Shown here one piece after another: positions 22,399-30,881 of a stretch of DNA of 64,000 nt (position 1 is its first letter; the number at the start of each line of letters is the position of its first letter). The notes under the pieces are model-generated. The model was not told the DNA's origin. It saw nothing but the letters and a program-made list of their open reading frames with translations, and made no database searches. The translations under genes and the position numbers were made by a program. Source of the stretch: Rhodanobacteraceae bacterium (GTDB lineage Bacteria; Pseudomonadota; Gammaproteobacteria; Xanthomonadales; Rhodanobacteraceae); assembly GCA_035281745.1 (NCBI GenBank), contig DATEDI010000014.1:40587-104586 (forward strand), written 5' to 3'.

Positions 22399-22893
22399 AT
22401 GCGAACGAGACGCGGACGAAATCCGGACCAAGGCACACGTGATCGCGATGCTTACGATCGCGCGCTCGGCATGCTGGCGCGCCGCGAGTTTTCGCAACGC
22501 GAATTGCGTACGCGGCTGGAGCATGCCGGGTGCGACGAAGCCGAATCCGAAACGGCCCTCAAAAAACTGCGCGAACAGGACTATCAGAACGACGCGCGTT
22601 TCGGTGAAATGATCGTGCGGGCGCGGGTGGGACAGGGCTACGGACCCGCCCGCATCCAGGCCGAGTTGCGCTCGCACGGCCTGGGCGATGCCGCGATCCG
22701 CGCACTGCTGGATGCTGCGGACGCCGATTGGGACGCCTTGGCGAGGGCGCAACTCCGCAAGAAGTACGGCAGCAAGCCCGCCGCCGATCACGCCGAACGC
22801 GGCAAGCGCGCGGCCTTCCTCTTGCGTCGCGGTTTCAGTGCCGCCACAGTTAGAATCGTCACCCATTCCGAGGTTGGCGACTCCGGCATTTGA
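22399..22893 (+). CDS. recX: recombination regulator RecX
   Basis: RecX-like repeats (AYDRALGMLARREFSQRELRTRL...) in the recA-alaS context. Confidence 0.85.
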   Translation: MRTRRGRNPDQGTRDRDAYDRALGMLARREFSQRELRTRLEHAGCDEAESETALKKLREQDYQNDARFGEMIVRARVGQGYGPARIQAELRSHGLGDAAIRALLDAADADWDALARAQLRKKYGSKPAADHAERGKRAAFLLRRGFSAATVRIVTHSEVGDSGI

Positions 22894-22970
22894 CGTTCCG
22901 TCATGGCTTTGGCGGGCTGGCCGGTGCGCCGCCTTGACTCGCCACCACCTGAGCTTTCCGACGCAACCGC

Positions 22971-25604
22971 ATGAAAACTGCAGAGATTCGCGCACGCTTC
23001 CTCGAGTTCTTCAAGGATCGCGGCCACACCATCGTGCCTTCCGCGCCGCTGGTGCCGGCCAACGATCCGACGTTGCTGTTCACCAATTCGGGGATGGTGC
23101 AATTCAAGAACGTGTTCCTCGGCAGCGAAAAACTGCCGTACGTGCGCGCGGCGGACGTGCAGCGTTGCCTTCGCGCCGGCGGCAAGCACAACGACTTGGA
23201 TTCGGTCGGTTACACCGCGCGCCATCACACCTTTTTCGAGATGCTGGGCAACTGGTCGTTCGGCGATTACTTCAAGAAGGAAGCGATCGAGTGGGCATGG
23301 GATCTGCTGACGAAGACTTTCGGATTGCCGCCCGAAAAATTGTGGGTGACCGTCTATCACACGGACGACGAGGCATTCGGCATCTGGAAGGATGGGGTCG
23401 GCGTGCCGGCCGAGCGCATCGTCCGGATCGGCGACAACAAGGGCGCGCCGTTCGCCTCGGACAATTTCTGGCAGATGGCCGATACCGGGCCATGTGGTCC
23501 GTGCAGCGAAATCTTCTATGACCACGGCGCCGATGTCGCCGGGGGGCCGCCGGGCTCGCCCGATGAAGACGGCGATCGCTACATCGAGATCTGGAACCTG
23601 GTGTTCATGCAGTTCGATCGCGCCGAGGACGGCACGCTGTCGCCGCTGCCCGCGCCCTGCGTGGATACCGGCATGGGCCTGGAACGTCTCGCCGCGGTGC
23701 TGCAGGGCGTGCACTCCAATTACGAAATCGACCTGTTCCAGCGCCTGATCGCTGCCGCGCAAAAACTGACGCGTTGCAGCGACCACGAAAACAAATCGCT
23801 GCGGGTGATCGCCGACCACATCCGCGCCTGCGCGTTCCTGATCGTGGACGGCGTGCTGCCGTCGAACGAAGGTCGCGGCTACGTGCTGCGCCGGATCATC
23901 CGCCGCGCGCTCCGGCACGGCTGGATGCTGGGCGTGCGCGGTGACTTCTTCTGGAAGATGGTCGCGCCGCTGGTTGCGGAAATGGGCCAGGCCTATCCCG
24001 AGCTTGCGAAGAAGCAGGCGTTCGTCGAGGAAGCCCTGCGCGCCGAGGAGCACCGCTTCGGCGAGACGCTGGAACACGGCATGAAGGTGTTCGACGAGGT
24101 GGCTTCGAAATCGGACAAGATCATTCCGGGCGATGATGCGTTTCGCCTCTACGACACCTACGGTTTTCCCGTTGATCTGACCGCCGACATCGCGCGCGAG
24201 CGCGGCATGAATATGGACATGATCGGGTTCGAGCGCGCGATGGAAGCCCAGCGCGAACGTGCGCGCGCGGCCAGCAAGTTCGAGAGCAAGGCGCAACTGT
24301 CGGCGGAGGTCGCGAGCAGGCTTTCGCCGACGCAATTCCTCGGCTACGAAACGCTGGAATCGCGAGACGGCGAGGTGCTGGCGATCCTGCGCGACGGCCG
24401 CGCGGTGGAAGAACTTGCACCCGGCGAATCCGCCGCGATCATTCTGGACCGCACCCCTTTCTATGCGGAGTCGGGCGGGCAGGTGGGCGACACCGGTGCG
24501 CTGGAGCATGCGAACGGTCGCTTCATCGTCGAGGACACGCAAAAGTTCGGCGGCCAGTTCCACGGCCACGTCGGCGCATGGCAAGGAAATGCGCCGCTGC
24601 GCGTCGGCGAACATGTATTCGCGCGTGTCGATGTCGCGCGCCGGCAGGCAACGGTGCTGAATCACTCGGCCACGCATCTGTTGCACGCGGCGCTGCGCGA
24701 AACCCTGGGTGCGCACGTGACGCAAAAGGGCTCGCTGGTCGCGCCCGACCGCTTGCGTTTCGACTTCTCGCATTTCCAGCCAGTGAAGCCGGAAGAGCTT
24801 CGTCGCATCGAGAATCGCGTCAACGAGCAGATCCGCCGCAACGACGCCGCGGAAATCCGCCAGATGGATTACGACGACGCGATCGCCACCGGCGCGATGG
24901 CGTTGTTCGGCGAAAAATACGGCGACGAAGTCCGCGTGTTGCGGATGGGCGACTTTTCGACCGAGTTGTGCGGCGGCACGCACGTCGCGCGCACCGGCGA
25001 CATCGGCCTGTTCAAGATCGTCTCGGAATCAGGTGTCGCGGCTGGGATCCGTCGCATCGAGGCGCTGACCGGCGCGGGCGCAATGGCGCACGTGACGGAA
25101 GAAGAGCATCGGCTTGCCGACGTCGCCGGCCTGCTTTCATCGAGCGCGGGCGACGTGGCCGACAAGCTGCGCCTGTTGCTCGACAGGCAGAAGAAGCTGG
25201 AACGCGAACTGGATGCGCTGAAGGCCAAGGCCGCCGGCACGGCGACTGGCGATCTGGCATCTCACGCCCAAATCGTCGCCGACATCAAGTTGGTGGCCGC
25301 GCGCATCGACGGCATGGACGCGAAGGCCTTGCGCGACGCGGTCGACACGCTGAAACAAAAACTCGGTGACTGCGTGGTGTTGCTGGCGTCCGGCGGCGGC
25401 GGCAAGGTCGCCCTGGTTGGCGGCGTGCACGGAGCCGCGCTTGGCAAGGTCAAGGCCGGCGACGTGGTCGCGCATGTGGCCACGCAGATCGGCGGCAAGG
25501 GGGGCGGCCGGCCCGATATGGCGCAGGGCGGCGGCGTCGATTCACCCGCGCTGGATCAGGCGCTGCAAGGCTTGGCGGGCTGGGTGACGCAAGCGCTGAA
25601 CTAG
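22971..25604 (+). CDS. alaS: alanine--tRNA ligase
   Basis: 877 aa with a canonical AlaRS N-terminus and the editing-domain motif HSATHLLH. Confidence 0.97.
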   Translation: MKTAEIRARFLEFFKDRGHTIVPSAPLVPANDPTLLFTNSGMVQFKNVFLGSEKLPYVRAADVQRCLRAGGKHNDLDSVGYTARHHTFFEMLGNWSFGDYFKKEAIEWAWDLLTKTFGLPPEKLWVTVYHTDDEAFGIWKDGVGVPAERIVRIGDNKGAPFASDNFWQMADTGPCGPCSEIFYDHGADVAGGPPGSPDEDGDRYIEIWNLVFMQFDRAEDGTLSPLPAPCVDTGMGLERLAAVLQGVHSNYEIDLFQRLIAAAQKLTRCSDHENKSLRVIADHIRACAFLIVDGVLPSNEGRGYVLRRIIRRALRHGWMLGVRGDFFWKMVAPLVAEMGQAYPELAKKQAFVEEALRAEEHRFGETLEHGMKVFDEVASKSDKIIPGDDAFRLYDTYGFPVDLTADIARERGMNMDMIGFERAMEAQRERARAASKFESKAQLSAEVASRLSPTQFLGYETLESRDGEVLAILRDGRAVEELAPGESAAIILDRTPFYAESGGQVGDTGALEHANGRFIVEDTQKFGGQFHGHVGAWQGNAPLRVGEHVFARVDVARRQATVLNHSATHLLHAALRETLGAHVTQKGSLVAPDRLRFDFSHFQPVKPEELRRIENRVNEQIRRNDAAEIRQMDYDDAIATGAMALFGEKYGDEVRVLRMGDFSTELCGGTHVARTGDIGLFKIVSESGVAAGIRRIEALTGAGAMAHVTEEEHRLADVAGLLSSSAGDVADKLRLLLDRQKKLERELDALKAKAAGTATGDLASHAQIVADIKLVAARIDGMDAKALRDAVDTLKQKLGDCVVLLASGGGGKVALVGGVHGAALGKVKAGDVVAHVATQIGGKGGGRPDMAQGGGVDSPALDQALQGLAGWVTQALN

Positions 25605-25887
25605 GCCTGCCATCGCCATCCCATGTGGCGGGGGCAATAGAACCCATCTTCGGCACCGTGCCAGAAGTCACGCCGATTTCATTGCGCGGGCTTGGCCCGT
25701 TCATATATAGTCGCGGGGCGTTTGATCGCCCCCGCACCGGTCTATTGCGGGAGATGGAGGAACCTGAACGTCGCGATGCATCCTGCGTCGGTTCGCGATC
25801 GTCCTGTCTTGCTGCGATTCGCGATCCGGAGGGGAACGCGCGTTGCGGTTTTCGGGTCCAATGGATCCGAGTGAATGGAGTTCTGTC

Positions 25888-26118
25888 ATGTTGATTTTGA
25901 CCCGCCGGGTTGGGGAAACCCTGATGATCGGCGATCAGGTAACCGTTACGGTGCTGGGCGTGAAGGGCAACCAGGTACGCATCGGCATCACGGCGCCGAA
26001 GGATGTCGCGGTGCATCGCGAAGAGATCTACCAGCGCATCAAGCAGGAACATGAGGCGGCTGGTGGCGTGCCGGTCGAGTCCGACGAGCCTGCCCGGCAC
26101 GAAGCAACCCACGGCTGA
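25888..26118 (+). CDS. csrA: carbon storage regulator CsrA/RsmA
   Basis: [16 protein letters not shown]...[22 protein letters not shown] 25888 with GGAG upstream. Confidence 0.95.
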   Translation: MLILTRRVGETLMIGDQVTVTVLGVKGNQVRIGITAPKDVAVHREEIYQRIKQEHEAAGGVPVESDEPARHEATHG

Positions 26119-26206
26119 TGCGGGTAGGTCGTACGGCTTTACCGCAAGCGGAGATGCCTTTATCCTGATCGACCGGTTTCGCCGGCCGATCATTGCGCGC
26201 GCGAGC

Positions 26207-26245
26207 GGTGTGGAGGAGGCATGGATGCCGACTGGGAGGCGCACC
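26207..26245 (+). ncRNA. GGA-hairpin module A (candidate structured RNA element)
   Basis: Closing stem GGTGTG/CGCACC, GGA-bearing internal loops and apical hairpin GGCA-TGGA-TGCC. See findings. Confidence 0.4.
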
Positions 26246-26279
26246 AAGGATGGTTGGTTTGAATAAATTTTTGAAATTC

Positions 26280-26372
26280 GGAGAGATGCCCGAGAGGCCG
26301 AAGGGGCTCCCCTGCTAAGGGAGTATCGGGTCAAAAGCCTGATCGAGGGTTCGAATCCCTCTCTCTCCGCCA
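26280..26372 (+). tRNA. tRNA-Ser(GCU)
   Basis: Manual cloverleaf: acceptor GGAGAGA/TCTCTCC, anticodon loop CT-GCT-AA, long variable arm, T-arm GAGGG-TTCGAAT-CCCTC, encoded CCA. Confidence 0.95.
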
Positions 26373-26380
26373 TTCAATCG

Positions 26381-26409
26381 TTGACGTGATTGCAGCGACA
26401 CCGGATAAT
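26381..26409 (+). promoter_or_regulatory. near-consensus sigma70-type promoter after tRNA-Ser
   Basis: TTGACG (26381-26386), 17-nt spacer, GATAAT (26404-26409). Confidence 0.55.
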
Positions 26410-26433
26410 TCGCGGCTCGCTTTGTGTTTCAAT

Positions 26434-26453
26434 GCGTCCGTAGCTCAGCTGGT
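26434..26453 (+). pseudogene. decayed tRNA-Arg-like 5' fragment
   Basis: GCGTCCGTAGCTCAGCTGGT matches the first 19-20 nt of the downstream tRNA-Arg (GCGCCCGTAGCTCAGCTGGA), but no anticodon arm or T arm follows. Confidence 0.5.
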
Positions 26454-26495
26454 CGAACGCGAGGCGCTTGCGACAGTCCGGTGGACTGTCGCGCC

Positions 26496-26533
26496 GAGCG
26501 TGAGGAGGAGGCATGGATGCCGACTGGACGCTC
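26496..26533 (+). ncRNA. GGA-hairpin module B (candidate structured RNA element)
   Basis: Closing stem GAGCGT/ACGCTC, internal GAGGAGGA and apical hairpin GGCA-TGGA-TGCC. Lies in the leader of tRNA-Arg(ACG). Confidence 0.4.
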
Positions 26534-26568
26534 GCACCATGGACGGTTCGAAGTACAACAGTTCCAAT

Positions 26569-26645
26569 GCGCCCGTAGCTCAGCTGGATAGAGTACCAGG
26601 CTACGAACTTGGTGGTCGGGAGTTCGAATCTCTCCGGGCGCGCCA
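26569..26645 (+). tRNA. tRNA-Arg(ACG)
   Basis: Acceptor GCGCCCG/CGGGCGC, anticodon loop CT-ACG-AA, T-arm GGGAG-TTCGAAT-CTCTC, encoded CCA. Confidence 0.95.
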
Positions 26646-26649
26646 TTCA

Positions 26650-26688
26650 ACGAAGAGGCCGACGCGTTGTCGTCGGCTTCTTCGTTTC
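26650..26688 (+). terminator. hairpin terminator after tRNA-Arg(ACG)
   Basis: GAAGAGGCCGAC-gcgttgtc-GTCGGCTTCTTC, followed by GTTT. Confidence 0.55.
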
Positions 26689-26776
26689 CGGCACCACCGT
26701 TTGCGTGCGTTGACCCGCGCGAGCGGACGAACGTACCATTGCCTGCCGCCGTGCTTGCGGGCCGTCGGTGGCGTTT

Positions 26777-26853
26777 CGGGGTATAGCTCAGTCTGGTAGA
26801 GCGCCAGCTTTGGGAGCTGGATGTCGGGGGTTCGAATCCCTCTGCCCCGACCA
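26777..26853 (+). tRNA. tRNA-Pro(UGG)
   Basis: Acceptor CGGGGTA/TGCCCCG, anticodon loop TT-TGG-GA, T-arm GGGGG-TTCGAAT-CCCTC, encoded CCA. Confidence 0.95.
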
Positions 26854-26890
26854 ATGACAAAAGCGGGCCCTTGTGGCCCGTTTTTGTCAT
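26854..26890. terminator. bidirectional rho-independent terminator
   Basis: ATGACAAAAGCGGGCC-cttgt-GGCCCGTTTTTGTCAT: a GC stem flanked by an A-run and a T-run. Confidence 0.7.
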
Positions 26891-26935
26891 TGAATGAAGT
26901 GTGGATGAGAACTGGCGCCTTCGCCAGAAGGCGCC

Positions 26936-26969
26936 GTTCGACTGCGGAGCCATGGATGGCGGAGCGAAC
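26936..26969 (+). ncRNA. GGA-hairpin module C (candidate structured RNA element)
   Basis: Closing stem GTTCG/CGAAC and apical hairpin GCCA-TGGA-TGGC (a compensatory variant of A/B), flanked by two CGGAG motifs. Confidence 0.35.
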
Positions 26970-27049
26970 ATCGCGCGCCAGCGCGATGGCCCGCAGGGCG
27001 AGCGCCGGCTAGGCGCGAGTCGTCTCTCTGCTCCGACCTTTGTTCGTGG

Positions 27050-27126
27050 TGGCGCGCCCGACTGGAATCGAACCAGCAACCGTCGGCTTAGAAGGCCGAT
27101 GCTCTATCCGATTGAGCTACGGGCGC
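27050..27126 (-). tRNA. tRNA-Arg(UCU)
   Basis: The reverse complement folds as acceptor GCGCCCG/CGGGCGC, anticodon loop CT-TCT-AA, T-arm GCTGG-TTCGATT-CCAGT, with encoded CCA. Confidence 0.95.
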
Positions 27127-27264
27127 GTTGCTGGCGCATTTTGACAGGAACCAGTGGAGACGTGAGTCTTGGCGGCGGCGATGAGGGCTTCGCTGCACCG
27201 GTGTGCGCGCCGGAGTAGCATTCCGGAACATTCGGCTTCGGCCGCGGCTCTCCGGGAGACCCAC

Positions 27265-27861
27265 ATGCGATTCATCGGCGCGCTGATTTTCTGGATCGTC
27301 ATTGCGATCATCGCCTACTTCGTCGTTGCCTTCACCGGCGCCTACCAGGTTGGAGCGGATGTCCCGCACTGGAGCATCACGCGACAGGCCATCGGTTTCC
27401 TTCGCGAGCACACGATCGAACGGCGTGCTACCGACATCAAGCCGCCGCCGCTGGACGATCCGGCGCTGGTCAAGCTGGGCGCCGAGCATTATTCCGAAAT
27501 GTGCACGGGTTGCCATCTCGCGCCCGGCATGGGTCATTCCGAACTGCGCGACGGCCTGTATCCGGAGCCGCCGAACCTCACGCGGTTCGCGCCCGATCCC
27601 GCGGAGTCGTTCTGGATCATCAAGCACGGCCTGAAGATGACGGCGATGCCAGCGTGGGGCGCGACCCACGACGACCACACGATCTGGGCAATGGTGGCGT
27701 ATCTCCAGAAGCAGCCTCGCATGAGCGCCGCGGAGTACCAGTCGCTTACGGCGAATGCCGCGGACATGGAGGAGCATGAAGCCGCTCCGGCAAGCGCGGC
27801 GTCAGTGCCGGTGCCAGCAGCGACGGCTGCTGCGCCTGTGACTGCTTCAAGCATGCATTGA
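27265..27861 (+). CDS. membrane-anchored mono-haem c-type cytochrome
   Basis: N-terminal TM segment, single CTGCH haem motif and an Ala/Pro-rich tail. ATG 27265 with GGGAGA upstream. Confidence 0.75.
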   Translation: MRFIGALIFWIVIAIIAYFVVAFTGAYQVGADVPHWSITRQAIGFLREHTIERRATDIKPPPLDDPALVKLGAEHYSEMCTGCHLAPGMGHSELRDGLYPEPPNLTRFAPDPAESFWIIKHGLKMTAMPAWGATHDDHTIWAMVAYLQKQPRMSAAEYQSLTANAADMEEHEAAPASAASVPVPAATAAAPVTASSMH

Positions 27862-27922
27862 TTTTCGGTACGACTGCATCGGTCCGGTGCCTCGCGCGGC
27901 CTGGCCTTGTGCGCCGCATGAA

Positions 27923-27960
27923 AAACCCTTGACCCTGGACCATGGTCAAGGGTTTACACT
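27923..27960 (+). promoter_or_regulatory. MerR-type operator/promoter of cueR-copA
   Basis: -35 TTGACC (27929-27934), a 19-20 nt spacer and -10 TTACAC/TACACT. The 12-bp dyad AAACCCTTGACC / GGTCAAGGGTTT spans the spacer. Confidence 0.7.
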
Positions 27961-27966
27961 GTGCGC

Positions 27967-28392
27967 ATGAACACACATGCCGCACACCATATCACCATCG
28001 GCGGTGTCGCCCGCCGCGCCGGCGTCGGCATCGACACCATCCGTTATTACGAACGCGAAGGGCTGCTGCACGAGCCGCGGCGGCGCGCGTCCGGCTATCG
28101 CGATTACGGGCCGGACGTGGTCGAGCGGCTGCGCTTCATCCGCCGCGCCAAGGATCTCGGCTTCACGCTGGAAGAAATCCGCGAATTGCTGGCACTTTCC
28201 ACCGATCGCGAGCGCGGCGTGAAAACCGTCAAGCAGCGCGCCGAAGCGCGACTGGGCGAAGTCGAGCAGCGCATCCGCGAACTGCAGCGGATGAAACGCG
28301 GGCTGAAACAACTCATCGACGCGTGCCCAGGGCATGGCCCGCTCGAACATTGCCCGATCCTGCGCGCGCTGGGCGGGGAGGACAAGGCATGA
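27967..28392 (+). CDS. cueR: MerR-family Cu(I)-responsive regulator (CueR/HmrR-like)
   Basis: [22 protein letters not shown] and C-terminal [11 protein letters not shown] metal loop; ATGA overlap with copA. Start ATG 27967 (GTG 27961 is an alternative). Confidence 0.85.
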   Translation: MNTHAAHHITIGGVARRAGVGIDTIRYYEREGLLHEPRRRASGYRDYGPDVVERLRFIRRAKDLGFTLEEIRELLALSTDRERGVKTVKQRAEARLGEVEQRIRELQRMKRGLKQLIDACPGHGPLEHCPILRALGGEDKA

Positions 28393-30803
28393 ACGCGCAC
28401 GAACACGCACATTGCCACGCGCATGCAGCGCACGACGAGAATGCCGCGGCGCAGGCAACCGATCCCGTGTGCGGCATGCAGGTCGCGACGACTTCGCCGC
28501 GCCACGTGGATCAAGACGGTACACGCTACTGGTTCTGCAGCGAGGGCTGTCGCGACAAGTTCCGGGCCGATCCGGACAAGTATCCGGCGAAGGCCGGATC
28601 GCCGCACGCCGCGCATGGCCATGCTCATCACGATCATGACCACGTGCAGGCGGCGCCGCGGGAAACGCCCGCCGGCACCATCTATACCTGCCCGATGCAT
28701 CCGGAAGTGCGGCAGATCGGGCCGGGCCATTGTCCGAAGTGCGGCATGGCGCTGGAACCGGAATTGCCGAGTGCCGACGAGGACGATGACGGCGAGCTGC
28801 ATGCACTCACGCGCCGCTTCTGGACGCTGGTTGCGTTGACGATTCCGGTGTTCGCGCTGGCGATGGGGCCACACCTGTTCGGCTGGCGATTGCCATCGCC
28901 CTGGAACATCGCCGCCGACTGGGTCGAGGCGGTGCTGGCGACGGTCGTAGTGCTGTGGGGTGGCGCATCGTTCTTCGCGCGTGGCTGGCGATCGCTCAAA
29001 CCCTGGTCGCCCAACATGTACACGCTGATCGCGCTGGGCACCGGCGTGGCGTGGCTGTACAGCGCGGTCGCGTTCCTGCTGCCCGATGTGTTTCCGGTGA
29101 GTTTCCGGGACATGCACGGCCGCGTCGGTGTGTATTTCGAATCGGCTGCGGTTATCGTCACGCTGGTGACGCTGGGCGACTGGTTGGAACTGCGCGCGCG
29201 CCGGCGCACCGGTTCCGCGCTGCGGGCGTTGCTGGACCTCGCGCCCAAAACCGCGCGCCGCATCGCCGCGGATGGCGGCGAAACCGACGTGCCGCTGGAT
29301 GCAGTCCAGGCCGGCGACACGTTGCGCGTGCGGCCGGGCGAAAAGGTGCCGGTAGACGGCGTGGTCATTGATGGCACCAGCCATGTCGACGAATCGATGC
29401 TGACCGGCGAATCGATGCCGGTCGCGAAAGTCGCAAACGATCGCATCACCGGCGGCACCGTCAATCAGGATGGCGCGCTGACCATGCGCGCCGAAAAGGT
29501 CGGTGTCGACACCATGCTGGCGCGGATTGTTGCGCTGGTCGCGCAGGCGCAGCGCAGCAAGGCCCCGCTGCAGCGCGTCGCCGATCGCGTGGCCGCATGG
29601 TTCGTGCCGGCGGTGGTCGCGGTGGCAGTGCTGGCATTCATCGCGTGGGCCGCGATCGGTCCGGAACCGAAGGCGGCGCACGCGCTGATCGCGGCGGTGT
29701 CGGTGCTGATCATCGCCTGTCCGTGCGCGTTGGGCCTCGCGACGCCGATTTCGATCATGGTCGCGAGCGGGCGCGGCGCGCACATGGGCGTGCTGTTCCG
29801 CGATGCCACCGCCATCGAAACCCTGCGCAACGCGGACGTGCTGCTGGTCGACAAGACCGGCACGTTGACCGAGGGCAAACCTTCACTGCGCAGCGTGGAA
29901 ACATTCGGTGGGGTTGGCGAACAACGAGTGCTGGCACTGGCCGCGGCGTTGGAACGCCCGAGCGAACATCCGCTGGCGCGGGCGATCGTGGCGGCCGCCG
30001 AAGCGCGCGGCATTGCGATCCCCGATGTCGAGGATTTCAAGACCTTGACCGGCCGCGGTGTCAGCGGACGCGCGGATGGCCACGACGTGGTGATCGGCAA
30101 CGCCAGGTTGCTGGACGAAGCTGGCGTGCACGCCGAAGCAGCCATTCGCGGGAAGGCCGATGCCTTGCGCGGTGACGGTGCGACCGTGATGTTGATGGCC
30201 GTCGACGGCGAGATGATCGCGCTGCTGGCGATCGCCGACCGCATCAAGGACGACACGCCGGTCGCGCTCGCCGCGCTGCGCGAGGACGGCATGCGCATCG
30301 TGATGTTGACCGGTGACAACGCCACCACGGCAAAGGCCGTCGCGAAAAAGCTGGGTATCGAGGAAGTGCACGCGGACGTGTCGCCCGCGGACAAGGGCGA
30401 GGTGGTTGCGACGTTGAAGCGGGAAGGGCGCACGGTCGCGATGGCCGGCGACGGCATCAACGACGCGCCGGCGTTGGCGGCGTCGGACATCGGCATCGCG
30501 ATGGGTGCGGGCGCCGACGTGGCGCTGGAAAGCGCGCCCGTCACGCTGGTGCACGGCGATCTTTCCGGCATTGCGCGGGCGCGGGCGTTGTCGCGCGCCA
30601 CGGTGCGCAACATCCACCAGAACCTGTTCTTCGCGTTCGTCTACAACGCCATCGGCGTGCCGATCGCGGCCGGTGTGCTGTATCCGGCGTTCGGGATCGT
30701 GCTGTCGCCGATGATCGCGGCGCTGGCGATGAGCCTGTCGTCGGTGTCGGTGGTGTCCAACGCGTTGCGCCTGCGTGCGGCAGGTTTGGAACCCCACCCG
30801 TGA
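28389..30803 (+). CDS. copA: copper-translocating P1B-type ATPase
   Basis: CPC, DKTGT, TGDN and GDGINDAP motifs. The N-terminus carries a YHS/TRASH-like CGM...FCSEGC motif and a YTCPMHPEV...CPKCGM metal-binding motif. Start ATG 28389. Confidence 0.92.
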   Translation: MNAHEHAHCHAHAAHDENAAAQATDPVCGMQVATTSPRHVDQDGTRYWFCSEGCRDKFRADPDKYPAKAGSPHAAHGHAHHDHDHVQAAPRETPAGTIYTCPMHPEVRQIGPGHCPKCGMALEPELPSADEDDDGELHALTRRFWTLVALTIPVFALAMGPHLFGWRLPSPWNIAADWVEAVLATVVVLWGGASFFARGWRSLKPWSPNMYTLIALGTGVAWLYSAVAFLLPDVFPVSFRDMHGRVGVYFESAAVIVTLVTLGDWLELRARRRTGSALRALLDLAPKTARRIAADGGETDVPLDAVQAGDTLRVRPGEKVPVDGVVIDGTSHVDESMLTGESMPVAKVANDRITGGTVNQDGALTMRAEKVGVDTMLARIVALVAQAQRSKAPLQRVADRVAAWFVPAVVAVAVLAFIAWAAIGPEPKAAHALIAAVSVLIIACPCALGLATPISIMVASGRGAHMGVLFRDATAIETLRNADVLLVDKTGTLTEGKPSLRSVETFGGVGEQRVLALAAALERPSEHPLARAIVAAAEARGIAIPDVEDFKTLTGRGVSGRADGHDVVIGNARLLDEAGVHAEAAIRGKADALRGDGATVMLMAVDGEMIALLAIADRIKDDTPVALAALREDGMRIVMLTGDNATTAKAVAKKLGIEEVHADVSPADKGEVVATLKREGRTVAMAGDGINDAPALAASDIGIAMGAGADVALESAPVTLVHGDLSGIARARALSRATVRNIHQNLFFAFVYNAIGVPIAAGVLYPAFGIVLSPMIAALAMSLSSVSVVSNALRLRAAGLEPHP

Positions 30804-30825
30804 CGGACGATCCACGTGAAATAAC

Positions 30826-30855
30826 AAAGCCGCGCGGATCGCTCCGCGCGGCTTT
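30826..30855. terminator. bidirectional terminator hairpin
   Basis: AAAGCCGCGCGGA-tcgc-TCCGCGCGGCTTT, between convergent genes. Confidence 0.7.
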
Positions 30856-30881
30856 GTTCGATCCGCTGATCCGGCGCCGGA

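Noticed and set aside
26213-26262. Mini-ORFs MDADWEAHQGWLV (ATG 26221) and MDADWTLAPWTV... (ATG 26513), each preceded by GGAGGAGG.
   Set aside because: The second runs into the tRNA-Arg gene before stopping. The peptides are conserved only where the RNA hairpin is, and copy C changes the peptide (MDGG) while preserving base pairing. An RNA-level explanation is better.
26434-26568. The possibility that the tRNA-like segment is a functional tRNA with an intron or a long variable arm.
   Set aside because: No anticodon stem or T arm can be drawn. The D-stem has a mismatch. The interval is too short for a group I intron and lacks its conserved elements.
27942-28388. The 953-aa copA ORF starting at 27942 and overlapping cueR.
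   Set aside because: The extension is Arg-rich nonsense in a frame overlapping the clearly real cueR. The conserved CopA sequence begins at ATG 28389, which is coupled to the cueR stop.
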